Shown here: positions 41,578 to 51,794 of the stretch, piece after piece | Layout: each line of letters starts with the position of its first letter | How positions within the stretch are numbered: the first letter of the stretch is position 1 | Assembly (NCBI GenBank): GCA_963728205.1 | Contig: CAVSIV010000006.1 | Span: 830,831 to 894,830, forward strand | From: an uncultured Chloroflexia bacterium | GTDB taxonomy: Bacteria; Chloroflexota; Dehalococcoidia; UBA2979 | Direction: 5' to 3' | DNA length: 64,000 nucleotides | The notes under the pieces: generated by a model | Seen by the model: the letters and a program-made list of their open reading frames with translations, nothing else | What the model was told of the DNA's origin: nothing | The model's database searches: none | Program-made: the position numbers and the translations under genes

Positions 41578-41805
41578 ATGCATCGTTGGCGACGGCTGCT
41601 TGCGATCGGTTCGGTACCGGTCGCGGGCCTGATCCTCGTCACGAGCGCGATCGCGGCGAGACCGCCGGACAACCAGAAGGTCTCTGTCTGCCACGTGACG
41701 GGACAGGGCACGTTCAGGGAGATCTCCGTCTCCGAGCGAGCCCTTCCCGCCCTCGAGGCGCACGGCGACGTCGTGGCGAACGAGTTCGGGTACTGCCCGA
41801 GCTAA
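41578..41805 (+). CDS. small secreted protein (two Cys)
   Basis: 75 aa from ATG 41578, preceded by the strongest RBS in the window (AAGGAGGTGA). Signal peptide MHRWRRLLAIGSVPVAGLILVTSAIAA. Confidence 0.7.
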   Translation: MHRWRRLLAIGSVPVAGLILVTSAIAARPPDNQKVSVCHVTGQGTFREISVSERALPALEAHGDVVANEFGYCPS

Positions 41806-41947
41806 GGCTCGGGTGAGATTCGCGAGCGACCGGCGCCGGTCCGCCCGCCCGATGGCGTGGCCCCATCATCGGCGGCCGGCGGCGACCGACCGACGGTGCC
41901 GGTCGCTCGCAGCCACCTGCAACGCAGGGCACAGGGAGGAGACGCGG

Positions 41948-43024
41948 GTGCGGCTTATCGTCACCATTCCCGCGAAGGACGAGAGCGAGAACATCGCGGA
42001 GGTGATCCGCGAGATCCCCCGCACCATCCCGGGCGTGTCGTCCGTGAGCGTGCTCGTCGTCGACGACGGCTCGGGAGACGGCACTGCCGACGTCGCGATG
42101 CGCGCCGGGGCAGACCGCGTCGTCCGCAACAAGCGGAACATGGGGCTCGCCTACAGCTTTCAGCGCGCGCTCGGCGAGGCGCTGGGCATGGGCGCCGACG
42201 TCATCGTCAACACCGACGGCGACAACCACTACGACCAGGCGGCGATCCCGCGGCTGGTTGCGCCCGTCGTGGCCGGCGAGGCCGACATCGTGATCGGCAG
42301 CCGCGTGCTCGACGACGTCGACATGCCGATGGCGAACCGCTACGGCAACCGCCTCGCAAACGCGGTGATGCAGCGCCTTCTCGCGCTGCCCGGGGTCGAC
42401 GTCTCGACGGGCTTCCGGGCGTACTCGCGCGAGGCGGCGCTGCGCCTCGTGGTGATGTCTCGCCACACGTACACCCACGAGTCGCTGCTCTCCGCGATCG
42501 ATCAGCAGCTCGTGATCGCGAACCTGCCGATTCCCGCGCGCACGGTCAGTCGCCCGTCGCGCCTGATCAGCAGCGTGCCCCGCCACATCTACCGCGCGGG
42601 CACCACGATCCTGCGCTCGTTCCTGCTGTACCGGCCGCTCGCGGTCTTCCTGCTCGTCGGCGCGCTGCTGGTTGGCGCGAGCGGGTTGCTCGGCCTGCGC
42701 TTCGCCGGGCACTGGCTTGCCGGCGACGGCAGCGGACATGTCCAGTCGCTGCTCCTCGCGCTCGGGCTGCTCTACACCGGGGGCCAGGTGATCCTCCTCG
42801 GGCTCCTGGCGGATGCGCTGCGCGCCAACCGCGTGGTCGCGCAGGAAGTGCTGCGCAATACCCGTCTCATGGTCGCGGGCGAGCACCGGACCGCCCTCCG
42901 GGCGCGGGCGAATGCCGCCCGCGCGAACGGCGCGTCCGCGAACGGCGCACCCGTCGCCGGTGAGGCGATTGCCGAGGCGGCCATCGCGCTCTCTGCGCGG
43001 AACCTTCGTGCGCCCCGACCGTAG
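41948..43024 (+). CDS. GT2-family glycosyltransferase, polyprenyl-phosphate sugar synthase-like (DPM1/GtrB type)
   Basis: 358 aa from GTG 41948 (RBS GGGAGGAG). VTIPAKDESENI, VLVVDDGSGDGT and NTDGDNHYD (DxD) are followed by two C-terminal TM helices. Confidence 0.88.
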   Translation: MRLIVTIPAKDESENIAEVIREIPRTIPGVSSVSVLVVDDGSGDGTADVAMRAGADRVVRNKRNMGLAYSFQRALGEALGMGADVIVNTDGDNHYDQAAIPRLVAPVVAGEADIVIGSRVLDDVDMPMANRYGNRLANAVMQRLLALPGVDVSTGFRAYSREAALRLVVMSRHTYTHESLLSAIDQQLVIANLPIPARTVSRPSRLISSVPRHIYRAGTTILRSFLLYRPLAVFLLVGALLVGASGLLGLRFAGHWLAGDGSGHVQSLLLALGLLYTGGQVILLGLLADALRANRVVAQEVLRNTRLMVAGEHRTALRARANAARANGASANGAPVAGEAIAEAAIALSARNLRAPRP

Positions 43025-43157
43025 CGTCGCGCCGGCGGACCGGCGCGACGCGCTCGGCGAAGCGGCGGGCGCGCCCGATGGTGCCCGCGCGCCGCGCGCC
43101 GCCGCGGCGGTGTGGGTCGACCGGCGCGTCTCGTTGATCGCGGCAGCGCGCGGCGGC

Positions 43158-45272
43158 ATGCCCGCCCCTGCCGGCGCACACGGGCGGGGCAAGCCGCCGT
43201 GGCACGTGCTCCGCGCGGCGCGGACGGGCACGACGGCGCCCGCCATCGGCGCGGCGGTGCTCGTCAGCGCCGCGCTCGCCGCCTGGATGGCTCCCGCCGC
43301 CGCCGCGAGGACCGGCGCGCTCGCCGCCGCGGCGGCCGGCGCGGGACTCGCCCTCCTGGGCGCAAGCGACGTCCGGCCACCGTCGGTGCTGACGGCCGGC
43401 GCGCTCGCCCTCGTGACCGCGGGCGCGACGCTCACGCTCGGCGCGCTCGCGCTCGCGATCGCGCGACTGCCGATCGCGCCCGCCACCGTGCTCGCGATCG
43501 CCGCGCTCCCGGTGGTCGCCGCCGTCGCCGTCCACCGGCGCGGCCGAGCGCATGCCGCCGATCGCGCGGCGCCCGCATCGCAGTCCGACACCGCGTCACC
43601 CGACGGCGGCGAGCTGCCATCCAGGGCTCAGCTCGTCGTCGCGACGGTCGTCACCGCCGCGGTGGCGCTGCTGGTCCTCGGGCCGGGACCGGAGGCACTG
43701 GCTCTCATCGGTTACGCCGGATTGTTCGCCTGGCGGCTCGGGTTCTCGGGCGGCTCGCTCCGGGGTCGCGGGTCGGGAGTGGCCGGGGAGCCGGCCACTC
43801 CCGACCCGCGCGAGACGCGTCTCCGGCGGCTCGCCGCGCACGCCGACGTGCTCCCCATCGCCCTCGTCGCGCTCGTGCTCGGGACGCGGCTCGTGCCGTT
43901 CCTGCGCTCGGCCGTGCCCCTGGGGTACGACACGGGCCTGTACCGCGCCGTGCAGCGCGACTTCGCCGCCGCCCTTCCGGCGCTGCCGGCCTTCCCGCCG
44001 CACGCGTGGGCCGCCGCGCAGCCCCCGGGGCTGTTCCTGCTCTCCGACCTCCTGCACCTGGCCGGGGTCCCGGCCGACGCCGCGCTGTGGGGCCTGCTGG
44101 TGCTCGCGCAACTCGTCGGCGGCGCCGGGATCTGGCTGCTCGCAAACGACACCGCCGGCCGGCGCGCCGCCCACTGGGCGCTCGTGCTCTTCGCGCTCTC
44201 CACCGTCCAGTACACGATCTTCTACGACGTCTACTTCAAGCAGGTCCTCGCACTGGCGCTGCTCCCATACGTCCTGTGGCTGTGGCGCCGCGAGTCCTGG
44301 CTCGCGGTGCCGGTCGGCGCGTTCCTCGCCGCCACGCACAACATGAGCTTCCTGCTGCTGGGGCTCGTCCTGCTCTCCGACACCCTCTGGCTCGAGCGCC
44401 ATCCCGGGGGGCCGCGCGCGGCCGTCCGGGCGCTGCTCGCCCGCCGCTACCAGCTGGTCGCGGGCGGCTGCGTGCTGGTGCTCGGACTCGCGGGCTACGC
44501 CTTCGCGCCCCGCGCGATCGGCGACTTTCTCTCACCCGACGTCGCAGCGACGCTCGCCCGCTTCGGCGTGGGCGCACAGGCGTCCGCCGGCAGCCTGCGC
44601 GTCGACCCCCGTTACTACGTCGCGCTCGTCCTGCCGCTCGTCCCGTTCGCCGCCCTCGCATGCGCCGCGCGCTGGCGAAACGCGCGGCTGCGACTCGTGC
44701 TGCTGTGGGCGGCGTGGGCCGGCGTGTTCGCGTTCGGCAACCTGATCTTCGCGCGCCGGTTCATCGCCTCGTTCGATCCGGCGTTCGTGATGCTCGCCGC
44801 GGTCGCCCTGGGCGCCCTCACCGCCGGGCCGCTCGCCGGTGCCGCACGGCCGTTCGCGGCGATCGCCGTGCTGAGCGCGGTGCTGCTGCTCGGCCGCACC
44901 ATGCGCGACCTGCGCCCGGCGATCGCGATCGACGACCTCCGCGACCTGCAGACGGCGAGCCATGCGATCCCGGCCGATGCCTACCTGATGTCGATCGAGG
45001 GATCTGATTCCGCGTGGGTGCGCGGGTACGGGGCGCACGACACGATCGCGCCCGGGCTCCTGGGCTACGACCGCTGGTCCGAGAGCCAGTGGGCCACCTT
45101 CTGGGCACCGCCATCGCCCGACGCGCGCTACGCGCTGCTCGCGATGTACGACCACCCGATCTACGTCTTCATGCGGGCCGACCGAACCAACCCCGGCATC
45201 GTCGAGGACCCGCGGTTCGAGCGCGTGACGCGGACTCTCTGGCGGTACGTCCCGCCGGTGGGACAGCGATGA
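43158..45272 (+). CDS. polytopic membrane protein, GT-C-like glycosyltransferase (tentative)
   Basis: About 704 aa; the start is uncertain and ATG 43158 was chosen. It has more than 10 hydrophobic helices and a soluble C-terminal domain. It lies directly after the GT2 gene. Confidence 0.65.
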   Translation: MPAPAGAHGRGKPPWHVLRAARTGTTAPAIGAAVLVSAALAAWMAPAAAARTGALAAAAAGAGLALLGASDVRPPSVLTAGALALVTAGATLTLGALALAIARLPIAPATVLAIAALPVVAAVAVHRRGRAHAADRAAPASQSDTASPDGGELPSRAQLVVATVVTAAVALLVLGPGPEALALIGYAGLFAWRLGFSGGSLRGRGSGVAGEPATPDPRETRLRRLAAHADVLPIALVALVLGTRLVPFLRSAVPLGYDTGLYRAVQRDFAAALPALPAFPPHAWAAAQPPGLFLLSDLLHLAGVPADAALWGLLVLAQLVGGAGIWLLANDTAGRRAAHWALVLFALSTVQYTIFYDVYFKQVLALALLPYVLWLWRRESWLAVPVGAFLAATHNMSFLLLGLVLLSDTLWLERHPGGPRAAVRALLARRYQLVAGGCVLVLGLAGYAFAPRAIGDFLSPDVAATLARFGVGAQASAGSLRVDPRYYVALVLPLVPFAALACAARWRNARLRLVLLWAAWAGVFAFGNLIFARRFIASFDPAFVMLAAVALGALTAGPLAGAARPFAAIAVLSAVLLLGRTMRDLRPAIAIDDLRDLQTASHAIPADAYLMSIEGSDSAWVRGYGAHDTIAPGLLGYDRWSESQWATFWAPPSPDARYALLAMYDHPIYVFMRADRTNPGIVEDPRFERVTRTLWRYVPPVGQR

Positions 45273-45333
45273 CACGCGCACGCAAGGGCCGGTGCAGCGG
45301 GCGCGACCCCGTCGTCGCGTGCGAAGGAGCAGC

Positions 45334-46722
45334 ATGATGCGCATCGCCGTCGTGGGACAGGGATACGTGGGCGTAACCGCCGCCGCGTGCCTCGCCGAGG
45401 CAGGGCACCACGTGGTCGGGATCGAGAGCGATCTCGGTCGCCTGCGGCTGCTCCGGCACGGGCGGCCGCCGGTGTACGAGCCGGGGCTCGCGGAGCTGCT
45501 CGGCGCTACGATGCGCTCCGGGCGCCTGACCTTCCGGGCGTCGCTCTCCGGCATCGCCGTTCCCATGGACGCCGCGATCATCGCGGTCGGCTCGCCGCCG
45601 CTGCCCTCGGGCGGCGCCGACCTGCGCCAGGTGACCACCGCCATCGCGGACGTGGCCGCGATGCGCCCGGCACCCCGACTGATCCTCGTGAAGAGCACGG
45701 TGCCGCCCGGGACGAGCGAACGGCTGCTCGCGGAAGCGGACCCCGCGCTGGACCTCGCGCGACGGTACGTCGTCAGTCCCGAGTTCCTCGCCCTCGGGTC
45801 CGCGCTACGCGACTGGCGCACGCCCAGCCGCATCGTGGTCGGGCTGCACGAGCAAGCGCTGATGCCTGAGCTGCGTGAGCTGTACCGCGGCATCGATGCC
45901 CCGTGGGTGGTGACCGACCCGACCACGGCAGAGATGGCGAAGTACGCCAGCAACGCCTTTCTTGCGACCAAGATCAGCTTCATGAACGAGATCGCGAACC
46001 TCTGCGAGGAGGTAGGCGGGAACGTCGACGACGTCGCGTTCGGGATGTCGCTCGACCCCCGCATCGGCCGCGGCTACCTGCGGCCGGGCGTCGGCTACGG
46101 AGGGTCGTGCTTCCCCAAGGACACACGGGCGCTCGCGCACCTCTCGAACCTCGCCGGCCACGCGATGCCGCTGCTCGACGCGGTGATCACGGTGAACAAC
46201 GCGCAGCGCCTGCGGGTCGTGCGCGCGGTGCGCGCGGGTCTGCGCGAGCCGGGGGGCGTGGTCGCCGTGCTGGGCCTCGCCTTCAAGCCGGGGACCGACG
46301 ACGTGCGCGAAGCGCCGAGCCTCACGGTCATCCCGGAGCTCGCCTCGCTCGGCTTCGACGTGCGCGCGTGGGATCCGGTGGTGGACCCGAGGGCGGCGGC
46401 ACGCGCCCTCCCCGGCATCGCACGCGCCGAGACGCTCGAGGCGGCGCTCGCCGGGGCCTCCGCGGCGGTCGTGCTCACCGAGTGGCAGGAGATCCGGGAC
46501 GCTCCATGGGAACAGCTGGTCCCGACCATGCGGCCGCCCCGCCTGGTCGTCGACGGGCGCAATTGCCTGGACGCCGCGCGGCTGCGCGCGCTGACCGATG
46601 CGTATCGCGGCGTCGGCCGGTCCGCGCCGCACCCCGTGCGCGCGACGGACCGCGCCGCTCGCGCCGGCACGCAGGCACGCGGGCGCACGGCAAACGCCCT
46701 CGTCGCGGCGCTCGGCGACTGA
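45334..46722 (+). CDS. ugd: UDP-glucose/GDP-mannose 6-dehydrogenase family protein
   Basis: 462 aa from ATG 45334 (RBS AAGGAG). MMRIAVVGQGYVGVTAAACLA is the Rossmann motif. GYGGSCFPKD contains the catalytic Cys. Confidence 0.92.
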   Translation: MMRIAVVGQGYVGVTAAACLAEAGHHVVGIESDLGRLRLLRHGRPPVYEPGLAELLGATMRSGRLTFRASLSGIAVPMDAAIIAVGSPPLPSGGADLRQVTTAIADVAAMRPAPRLILVKSTVPPGTSERLLAEADPALDLARRYVVSPEFLALGSALRDWRTPSRIVVGLHEQALMPELRELYRGIDAPWVVTDPTTAEMAKYASNAFLATKISFMNEIANLCEEVGGNVDDVAFGMSLDPRIGRGYLRPGVGYGGSCFPKDTRALAHLSNLAGHAMPLLDAVITVNNAQRLRVVRAVRAGLREPGGVVAVLGLAFKPGTDDVREAPSLTVIPELASLGFDVRAWDPVVDPRAAARALPGIARAETLEAALAGASAAVVLTEWQEIRDAPWEQLVPTMRPPRLVVDGRNCLDAARLRALTDAYRGVGRSAPHPVRATDRAARAGTQARGRTANALVAALGD

Positions 46723-46742
46723 CGAGCGACGTGGAGCACGCC

Positions 46743-48932
46743 ATGACGAGCAAGCCGGTCGCCAATCGCCGAGCGTCCGCACCGGCGTCCACGCCGGTCG
46801 GTGTGACGCTGCTCGGCCCGCTGCCTCCGCTGCGGGCAATCAGCGCCTACACGGGGGCGCTGGTCGCCGCCCTGGCCGCGCATCCCGACGTCGCCCTCGA
46901 CGTGGTCTCGTTCGGGGATCTCTACCCCACCGCGCTCTATCCGGGCGGAGAGCCCGTCAATCGGGACGCGCGCCCCTATGCGCCTCCTCCCGGTGTCCGG
47001 CTGCGGCGCCGGCTCCACTGGTGGAACCCGCTGGGCTGGATTCTGTCCGGCTGCACGGCGCGCGGGAGCATCCTCCATGCGCAGTGGTGGACGTACGCGC
47101 TCGCCCCGCTCTACCTCGTCGTGCTGGCCCTCGCGCGACTGCGCGGGAAGCGCGTGATCCTCACCGTGCACAACGTGAAGCCGCACGAAGGTGGACGGCT
47201 CCGTGCGTGGCTGCACCGCTGCGTCCTGCCGCTCGCACACGTCGTGATCGTGCACTCGGAGGCGAATCGCGCGGCGATGGCGCGGCTCACCCGCGCCCCG
47301 GTGTGCGTCGTGCCGCACGGATCGCTGACGCTGCGCTCCGACCTCGCGGGCTATGTGCGCGACCAGCGCGCGGCCGCGCGCGGGCGGCTGGGGCTCCCGG
47401 CCGACGCCGAGGTCGTGCTGCTCTTCGGCCACCTCCGCCCCTACAAGGGGCTGGACGTGCTCCTCGACGCGTTCTGCGGCGTGCGGGCGCGCCGGCCGCA
47501 TGCGCGGCTGCTCGTCGTCGGGCAGGACTGGGGGACCGCCGGAGCCGCCGAAGCGCACATCGCGGCGCTCGGGCTCGCGGACGCGGTGACGCTTCGGCTC
47601 GGCTTCGCAAGCGACAATCGGCTCGCCGACGCACTGGCGGCCAGCGACGTCGTCGCCTTCCCGTACACGCACTTCGACGGCCAGAGCGGCGCCGCGAGCC
47701 TGGCGATCGCGGCGGGCCTGCCGCTGGTCGTATCCCGGCTCGGGGGCCTGCCCGACCTCGTCGACGAGCCCGCGGTCGTGGTCGAGCCCGGGTCGGATCG
47801 CGACCTCGCGCGCGCCCTCGTCCGGGTGCTCGCGGACGACGCGCTGCGCGAACGGCTGCGCGCGGCCGCGCTCACCCGCGCCGCGGCGCTCGGCTGGGAC
47901 GGCGTCGCGGAGCGCACGGTCGCGGTCTACGCGGAGGCCGTCGCGCCGCGAGCCGGCCGCGCCCGCCGCTTCCCGGTGCGGTTGCAGCTGCGCGCGCTGA
48001 TCCCGCTGCTGGTCAGCGCCGTCGCGTTCGCGGCCATCGCGATCGGCGGCGTGGACGTGGCGCGGAGCGCGCACTACCTGGTCGCCGCGAATCCGTCCCT
48101 CCTGGTCGCGGCGGGCCTGGCCGTGATCGCGATGCGGGTGCTGCGCGCGTGGCGATGGGGGTTGCTCTTCCCGGTCGGCGGCCTGCCGCGTCCGCCGCTC
48201 GGCCGGCAGATCGGCCTCGTGCTCGTATCGGACTCCGTCAACAGCGTGCTGCCGCGCGCGGCCACGACGGCCGGCCGCGCGTGGCTGGGCAGCTACGTGC
48301 ATGCCGCGCCGCTCGCCCGCGTGGCGGTGACGATCGCGGTCGAGCTCGCGCTGGACCTGGCGACCGCCGTCGCGCTGCTCGGCGTCGTGCTGCCGTTCCT
48401 GGTCATCGACGGCCGCGCGCCGGCGGCGGCGATCGCGGTCTGTGGGAGCGCCGCCGCGATCGCCCTCATCCGGATGGTCGCGCGCACCCGTCCGCGGCTG
48501 CCCGCCAGGCTCCCCGGCCCGGTGGCGCCCGTCGCTCACCGCCTCCGCGCGGCGCTGACGCCGGCGCCTCAATCGGGCGCGAGCATGCGCGCGGCGATGG
48601 TCGCGAGCGTCGCCGTCCACCTGGCGCGCGTGGCGGCGTTTCTCCTCGTCGCCGCCGCGCTCGGCGGATTGCCCCGATCCGGCGTGGCGCTGGCGGCCAT
48701 CGCGTCCGCACCGAGCCAGCTGGTGCCGTTCACGTTCGGCGGCCTGGGCGTGCGCGAGGCGATCCTGATTGCCGTGCTCTCCCGCTTCGGAGTGGCGCCG
48801 GAGGTAAGCGTCGCGCTCGGCCTCACCGTGTTTCTCGTCTCATCGGGCTCGGCGCTCCTCGGGATCGTCGCCGTGCCGTTCATGTGGAAGGCACGCGTCC
48901 GCGAGCCCGGGCTCGAAAGCGAGGCGGCATGA
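46743..48932 (+). CDS. GT4-type glycosyltransferase fused to a flippase-like (LPG_synthase_TM/UPF0104) membrane domain
   Basis: 729 aa. The GT-B part ends with the DVVAFPYTHFDGQSGAASLAIAAGLPLVVS (EX7E-like) region. About 330 aa with 8 or more TM helices follow. Confidence 0.8.
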   Translation: MTSKPVANRRASAPASTPVGVTLLGPLPPLRAISAYTGALVAALAAHPDVALDVVSFGDLYPTALYPGGEPVNRDARPYAPPPGVRLRRRLHWWNPLGWILSGCTARGSILHAQWWTYALAPLYLVVLALARLRGKRVILTVHNVKPHEGGRLRAWLHRCVLPLAHVVIVHSEANRAAMARLTRAPVCVVPHGSLTLRSDLAGYVRDQRAAARGRLGLPADAEVVLLFGHLRPYKGLDVLLDAFCGVRARRPHARLLVVGQDWGTAGAAEAHIAALGLADAVTLRLGFASDNRLADALAASDVVAFPYTHFDGQSGAASLAIAAGLPLVVSRLGGLPDLVDEPAVVVEPGSDRDLARALVRVLADDALRERLRAAALTRAAALGWDGVAERTVAVYAEAVAPRAGRARRFPVRLQLRALIPLLVSAVAFAAIAIGGVDVARSAHYLVAANPSLLVAAGLAVIAMRVLRAWRWGLLFPVGGLPRPPLGRQIGLVLVSDSVNSVLPRAATTAGRAWLGSYVHAAPLARVAVTIAVELALDLATAVALLGVVLPFLVIDGRAPAAAIAVCGSAAAIALIRMVARTRPRLPARLPGPVAPVAHRLRAALTPAPQSGASMRAAMVASVAVHLARVAAFLLVAAALGGLPRSGVALAAIASAPSQLVPFTFGGLGVREAILIAVLSRFGVAPEVSVALGLTVFLVSSGSALLGIVAVPFMWKARVREPGLESEAA

Positions 48933-51794
48933 CCGCCGTTCTCGGTCGCGCCGCGGAGCCGGCGGCCGCGACAACGCCGTGGTCGTCGCGGCCGCTCGCG
49001 GTCGCGCGGCAACGCCCGCGCGCGATCCTGGCAGGCGCGTGCATCGTCCTCGGCCTCGGCGCGCTCCTGCTCTACGCCTGGGCGATGGCGTACGGATCGG
49101 ACGCGGGTGCGCCGACGTTCAACTCCCCGCGCGCGAACAGCAACTTCGTGATCGCGCAGCACGTCGCCGCCGGCGGCGGCTTCGGGGTCCCGCTGGCCCA
49201 CTACGGCGAGCTGCCCCCGGAGATCGCGCCCGCGCTCACCCCTCGCGACTCGGCTCGCCTCGGCGATCGCGTGGTGCCCAAGACGTTCCTCTCCGAGGTG
49301 GTGCTCCTCGCCGGCGCGCTGCGCGTCGGGGACTGGGCTGCGCTGCTGCTCACCCCGGTGCTCGGCGCCGCGGCGGTCGTCGGCGTCTGCGTGCTCGGCT
49401 GGTCCGTGGCCGGGCGACGCGGCGTAGGCGCCGCGATCGTCGGCGGCGGCTCGGCGGCGATCTTCGCGGTCTGGCCGGCGCAGTGGATCGTAGAGAGCCG
49501 CGCGTACGAGCCGGGCGACGCGCTCGCCCTGTGCGCGTTCGTCCTCGGCGTCGTCGCGCTGTGGCCGGTGCTCGCGGGCGAGCGCGTCTCGCCGCGGCGG
49601 GCGGCGGCGGTGGGGGCGCTGTTCGGGCTCTCGATCGCGACCCGCTATCCGAACCTGCTGATCACCGCCATCCCCCTGTTGCTCCTCCTCCTGTCGCCGG
49701 GCACCGCGAGACGGGCGATCGTCTTCGTGGCGGCGTTCGTGCCGCTCGCGGTGCTCGGCCTGCTCGTGCTGGCGGGCAACCTCGTCGTCTACGGATCGCC
49801 GCTGACCACCGGATACGCGCTGGCCGTCGACGAGCTCCGGCAGTCGGTTCCCATCGACTCGGCGGGGTTCTTCGGCTTCAACCTGCAGGCGTTCGGCCAG
49901 TACATGCACGCCTACCTGCTCAACCCGGTGCTGGGCGGCCCGCTCCTCGCCGGCGTCGCCGTGGCCCTGGTGCTGCTCGTGCGCCGGTGGCGCGAGCCCG
50001 ACGGCGAGGCCCTCTACGCCGCGATCGCCGTCTGGACGCTGCTGGTGCTGACCGTCGTATACGGCGGCCAGGAGGCACACGGCGTGGATGGGTTCGTCGT
50101 GAACAGCTCGTTCATGCGGTACCTGCTCCCGGCGGCGGCGCTGCTCATCCCGCCGGTCGTCCTCGCGGTCACCCGGATGGTGGCGGGCGCGCTGCGGTCG
50201 GGACGCGGGCGCGGGATGCTCGCCGCGACGGCGGCGCTCGCCCTGCTCGCGAGCGTCCTGGTGGGGAGCGTCGAGGTCGCGGTCGGCCAGGCGGGGGGCA
50301 TCCGGGACCGCCGCGGCGTGGTGAGCCGGCTCGAGCAGGCGCGAACCGAGAATCGTCGCCGCGACCGACGACCGCTCGCTCATCATCACCCGCACCTACG
50401 ACAAGGTGCTCTACCCGCAGCGCGCCGCGCTCGTCGCGACCGCGCTGATCCGCTCCGACACGGCCATCGAAAAGGGCGCCTCCGTCACGTGGAGGCTCGT
50501 CCCCGACGACGAGCAGCTCGCGCTGGACGCCCAGATGATCGACGCGCGGAAGTACCGGCTGTTCCTGCTCAACGACGGCATCGTCTCCGACGTCGACGCG
50601 CTCCAGTCCCGGCTCGCCGCCGAGGGCCTCGTGCTCGAGCGCGTCTCCAGCGCGCCGTCCGTCCACCTCTATGAGCTGCGGCCCGCGGCGCTCGCCGGAC
50701 CCGTCGCAACCGGGACGCTGCCGGGGGACGGCCGCTCTCTCGACACGTGGGAAGCGCCCGACGGCACGCGCGTCATGGTCGTCGGCCACGACGCATCGCC
50801 GCACCTGACCGTGGTTGCGCGCCGGGGAGCCCGGCTCGTCCACGAGGCCGACTACGGGCTGCCGGGCGTCGCGCGCGGCGTGCAGTCGTGGGTGGCCCCC
50901 GACGGCGGACGGCTGGTTGCCGTCGCGCACGTCGGCAGCCCCGACTTCACGCTGCTGCACTGGGACGGGACGGCCCTCTCGGAGGTCGCGGCGTTCAACC
51001 TGCCCGGCGACGGGCGTGCCGTGGAGACGTGGGAACAGGGGGGCGCCCGCCTGATCGCCGTGGGCCACTACCGCAGCCCGGGTCTCACGCTGCTGCGATG
51101 GGACGGCCACGCGCTGACGGCCGCCGGAAGCGCAGCGATGCCCGGCATCGTGATCGGCATCGACTCGTGGGACGCGCGGGACGGCACGCGCCGCCTCGCG
51201 GTCACGCACGACGGCGCCCCCTACCTCAGCCTGCTGAGCTGGGATGGGGCGGCCTTTACGCAGCAGCCGTCCGTCGATCCGCTGCCGGGACCGGGCCGCG
51301 GCGTGACGAGCTGGGCGGACGGCGACGCGCGCCTCGTCGCGGTCGGATCCATGGGCGACCCGGCGTTCACCCTGCTGCGATGGCGGGGCTCGCAGGCGAC
51401 GACCCTGGGGACGTTCGCGCTTCCCGGCACCGCGTGGGTGGTCCGCAGCTGGGCGGACGCCGGCGATCGTGTGATCGCCGTCGGCCACGACGGCAGCCCG
51501 CACCTCACGCTGCTGCGATGGGACGGCTCCCGGCTCAGCAGCGACGGCAGCTTCGCGCTGCCGGGCACCGCGCTGGGGATGCGGACCTGGACCGCGCCGG
51601 TGGGTCGGCTGATCGCCGTCGCGCACGAGCGGCCGCCCTACCTCACGCTGGTGCGCGCCGTCGGACCGAACGGGCCGGCCGCGCACGCGCAGTCGCCGAC
51701 CGGGTGCGCGCGCGACGGCCCCTGCGCCCCGATTCCGGCGACGCCGTCGCCGTCCGCATCGATCCAGACCCGCCCGCAGGAGGAGCCCCGATGA
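48929..51794 (+). pseudogene. ArnT/PMT-like GT-C membrane glycosyltransferase continuous with a 7-repeat beta-propeller domain, interrupted by a +1 frameshift near 50350
   Basis: ATG 48929 (ATGA overlap). The membrane part stays in frame to about 50350, after which that frame becomes Arg-rich nonsense up to 50674. The next frame (ORF 50406-51794) already encodes IVAATDDRSLIITRTYDK with no start codon upstream of its GTG. It then has seven repeats of about 45 aa (50718-51665), such as LPGDGRAVETWEQGGARLIAVGHYRSPGLTLLRWDG. Confidence 0.65.
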
